Source: Lytechinus pictus (Eukaryota). Taken from it: DNA of 64,000 nucleotides. Both the position numbers and the translations under genes were made by a program. A model generated the notes under the pieces. That model searched no databases, had not been told where the DNA came from, and worked only from the letters and a program-made list of their open reading frames with translations. The DNA lies in NCBI RefSeq assembly GCF_037042905.1, contig NC_087254.1, positions 11,284,001 through 11,348,000 of the forward strand. Reading direction: 5' to 3'. Positions 61,881-64,000 of this stretch are shown here, in pieces. Each line of letters begins with the position of its first letter. The stretch's first letter is position 1.

Positions 61881-64000
61881 TTGAGATAAACCTTTTCGCT
61901 CTGGCGACATGAATTCCCTGTTCAAAACATTTCAGTTTTGTATGATGATATTACCAATAGGCCTATAATAACCAATTTACTTTTGTTTCATTCGTATAAC
62001 GATTTTTAAACATTTACACGCACAATTTAGAAGACTATATTGAATGCTTTACAATTCACCTCAAATTGTAAATACAACCCTCCCCCCATCCTTCCCCGTG
62101 TTCAACATCTTTCAAAACCCAGAGTCTCGCACTTATAAAATGAAAGGAGTTCAGTCAGTGAGACCTGTGGTGCTGCATGGTGAGACACAATGTTGATATT
62201 TTTATCAAAGATAATATGTCTTTTGTTAAAGAGAGGCCATAAAAACAAAAAAGGTGTCTTTTACCCATCGCTGGGACTCGCCCGGTCATCAGTGTGTCAC
62301 CCTTCGACGTATGGTTGGCTGAATACGTCACAAAGAAATCGTTTCCATACCATCATTCACAGCCCTGGCTATAACCTTAACCCATACAGTTGGAAGGCTT
62401 CCCACAATGTACATTATTCACTCAACTCTTTGCATAAACGAGTTGTTTAATTTAGGTTCGATTGTTCACCATAAGTTGCATCGCGTAATCAAAGTTTAAA
62501 TGAAAGGAAATATTAAGATTACGATAGTTCAGCAGCTCTTTTAGAAATATAATATCAATATGAATATCTCATCAATTTTTAAAATAATTTCTTCATTCAA
62601 CTAAATCTCATTAAAATGTTGATGGATAAGTATATAGCTTATTAATCATATCAACAGGAAAATATGTGGCAGATTTAAAATTGCTAAACTTTGTACCAAA
62701 TACCGTTATAGATATGAATGAAAATGAATATTATACGAACGTAATTAGGATGATGAAATCATATCTCTTAATTTAACCCGGTACTACTGTAACACATCAT
62801 ACTAACGCATTTGAAAGAAATATCTTCTTTATTTCATCTATATGTTCTAATATATTGCAAAATACTAATGAGCCACATCACTGTTCTCAACGACAATGAG
62901 CTAAGATGACAATGAGCATACGAACAATATTTGAATATAATACCAAATCAGAAACGTATTAATATCAACCATGTCAACAATATACAAATAAATGGCAAGA
63001 TTTGAAATTAAATAGTTAAGCACCCTGGATATAAAATGATACTTTACGTATTTTTATTCAAACAAAGACTAAATAGGTTTCAACATTAACACCAAAACTC
63101 ATTGGACCTAACCATGAAACATGAAACACAATTTTATCTTGTTGGAATATCATTATACTGATATCTTGGTAATACATGTCGACGCTTCTTCGTCGTCGAC
63201 GAAAACTTGAATGTGTTCGCAGAAGAAAAATGAAAGGACCCCATCTACGACAGTTGAAGTCAGTGCCACTGCACCCTACAGTTTCATTTTATATTTCCAT
63301 AGAACTATTTCAAAAATCTTCGAAATTATATTTCTTTTTTTACATAAAGATAAGAACCCTGATAGAATTCTGATTATGGATATCTGTATATAAAAGTAAA
63401 ATTTTAAGTTTAAATCACATCACGTTAATCGACTGTCGTTGATTTTGGGCAAGTGCTTCCATTTCCATGAGAAAGTGGACTTATGCCTATTTTGTTTTCT
63501 GGCTGACAGATATCATGTCTTTTGCTGTTTAGTTCCATTTTTTTGTTGACTTGAATTGTTAAAAAAGGATATCCTACCCCTAAAAACATTAATACATGTA
63601 TTCCATAGACAAGAGGTACCTGAAGTGACCACCATTCCAAAATGTTTCATGTCTAAATTATTATGTCTAATTATTTTCGTGTTGGTGCTTTCACCGGGAT
63701 TCACCGGGATTACAAGATTTTTTGAAACTGATAAAGCTAGAAATGTCAGGTATGATATAAAATATATTTCCTCAAATATATTGAAAATGACATAAAGAGA
63801 TTGCATTGATTGTCTCGAAGCTCTTTCAGTTTGTCACCATTATCTGCACAAAACTGTTAGCCATGGACTGGCGTAACCCTCGGCAAGCCGTGATCATCGT
63901 CGGACTCCATGGTCGCGATTAAATCACTAAAATCAGGAGCCTCGTGGTGGTTGCTACTAGCAACCGATCCAGCACACACCGAGTCCAGTGGTAAGCCCAA

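Noticed and set aside
60371-64000. Promoter elements or another gene upstream of exon 1
   Set aside because: The promoter probably lies here, but I could not support a specific start site, motif or coding exon from sequence alone.

Overview
AT-rich animal genomic DNA, most likely sea urchin or another echinoderm (inferred from the fibropellin-like gene and the repeat types). The window is dominated by one intron-rich minus-strand gene. I could delimit 39 exons (60370 down to 4456, about 1,670 codons) and found no stop codon, so the gene runs off the left edge. Its order is signal peptide, one 6-Cys EGF, a divergent CUB domain, then 36 consecutive one-exon-per-module EGF repeats; every intron is phase 1. 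The EGF array is unusual. 35 of 36 modules carry two extra cysteines at fixed spacing (C1-C2-C3-Ca-x4-C4-x-C5-x2-Cb-x5-C6) and none has the calcium-binding consensus. The first module has Cb only (7 Cys). This is the pattern expected if Cb of each module bonds to Ca of the next, giving a covalently stapled EGF rod; that model is inference. The introns hold a near-intact CR1/L2-type LINE ORF2 and a ~10.4 kb decayed two-gene PIF/Harbinger-like transposon, which itself carries a Helentron-like element with a 154-bp tandem array. They also hold Penelope remnants including a minimal hammerhead ribozyme, many MITEs, tRNA-derived SINEs, microsatellites and one 151-N gap. Coordinates were read by eye and no database searches were run.
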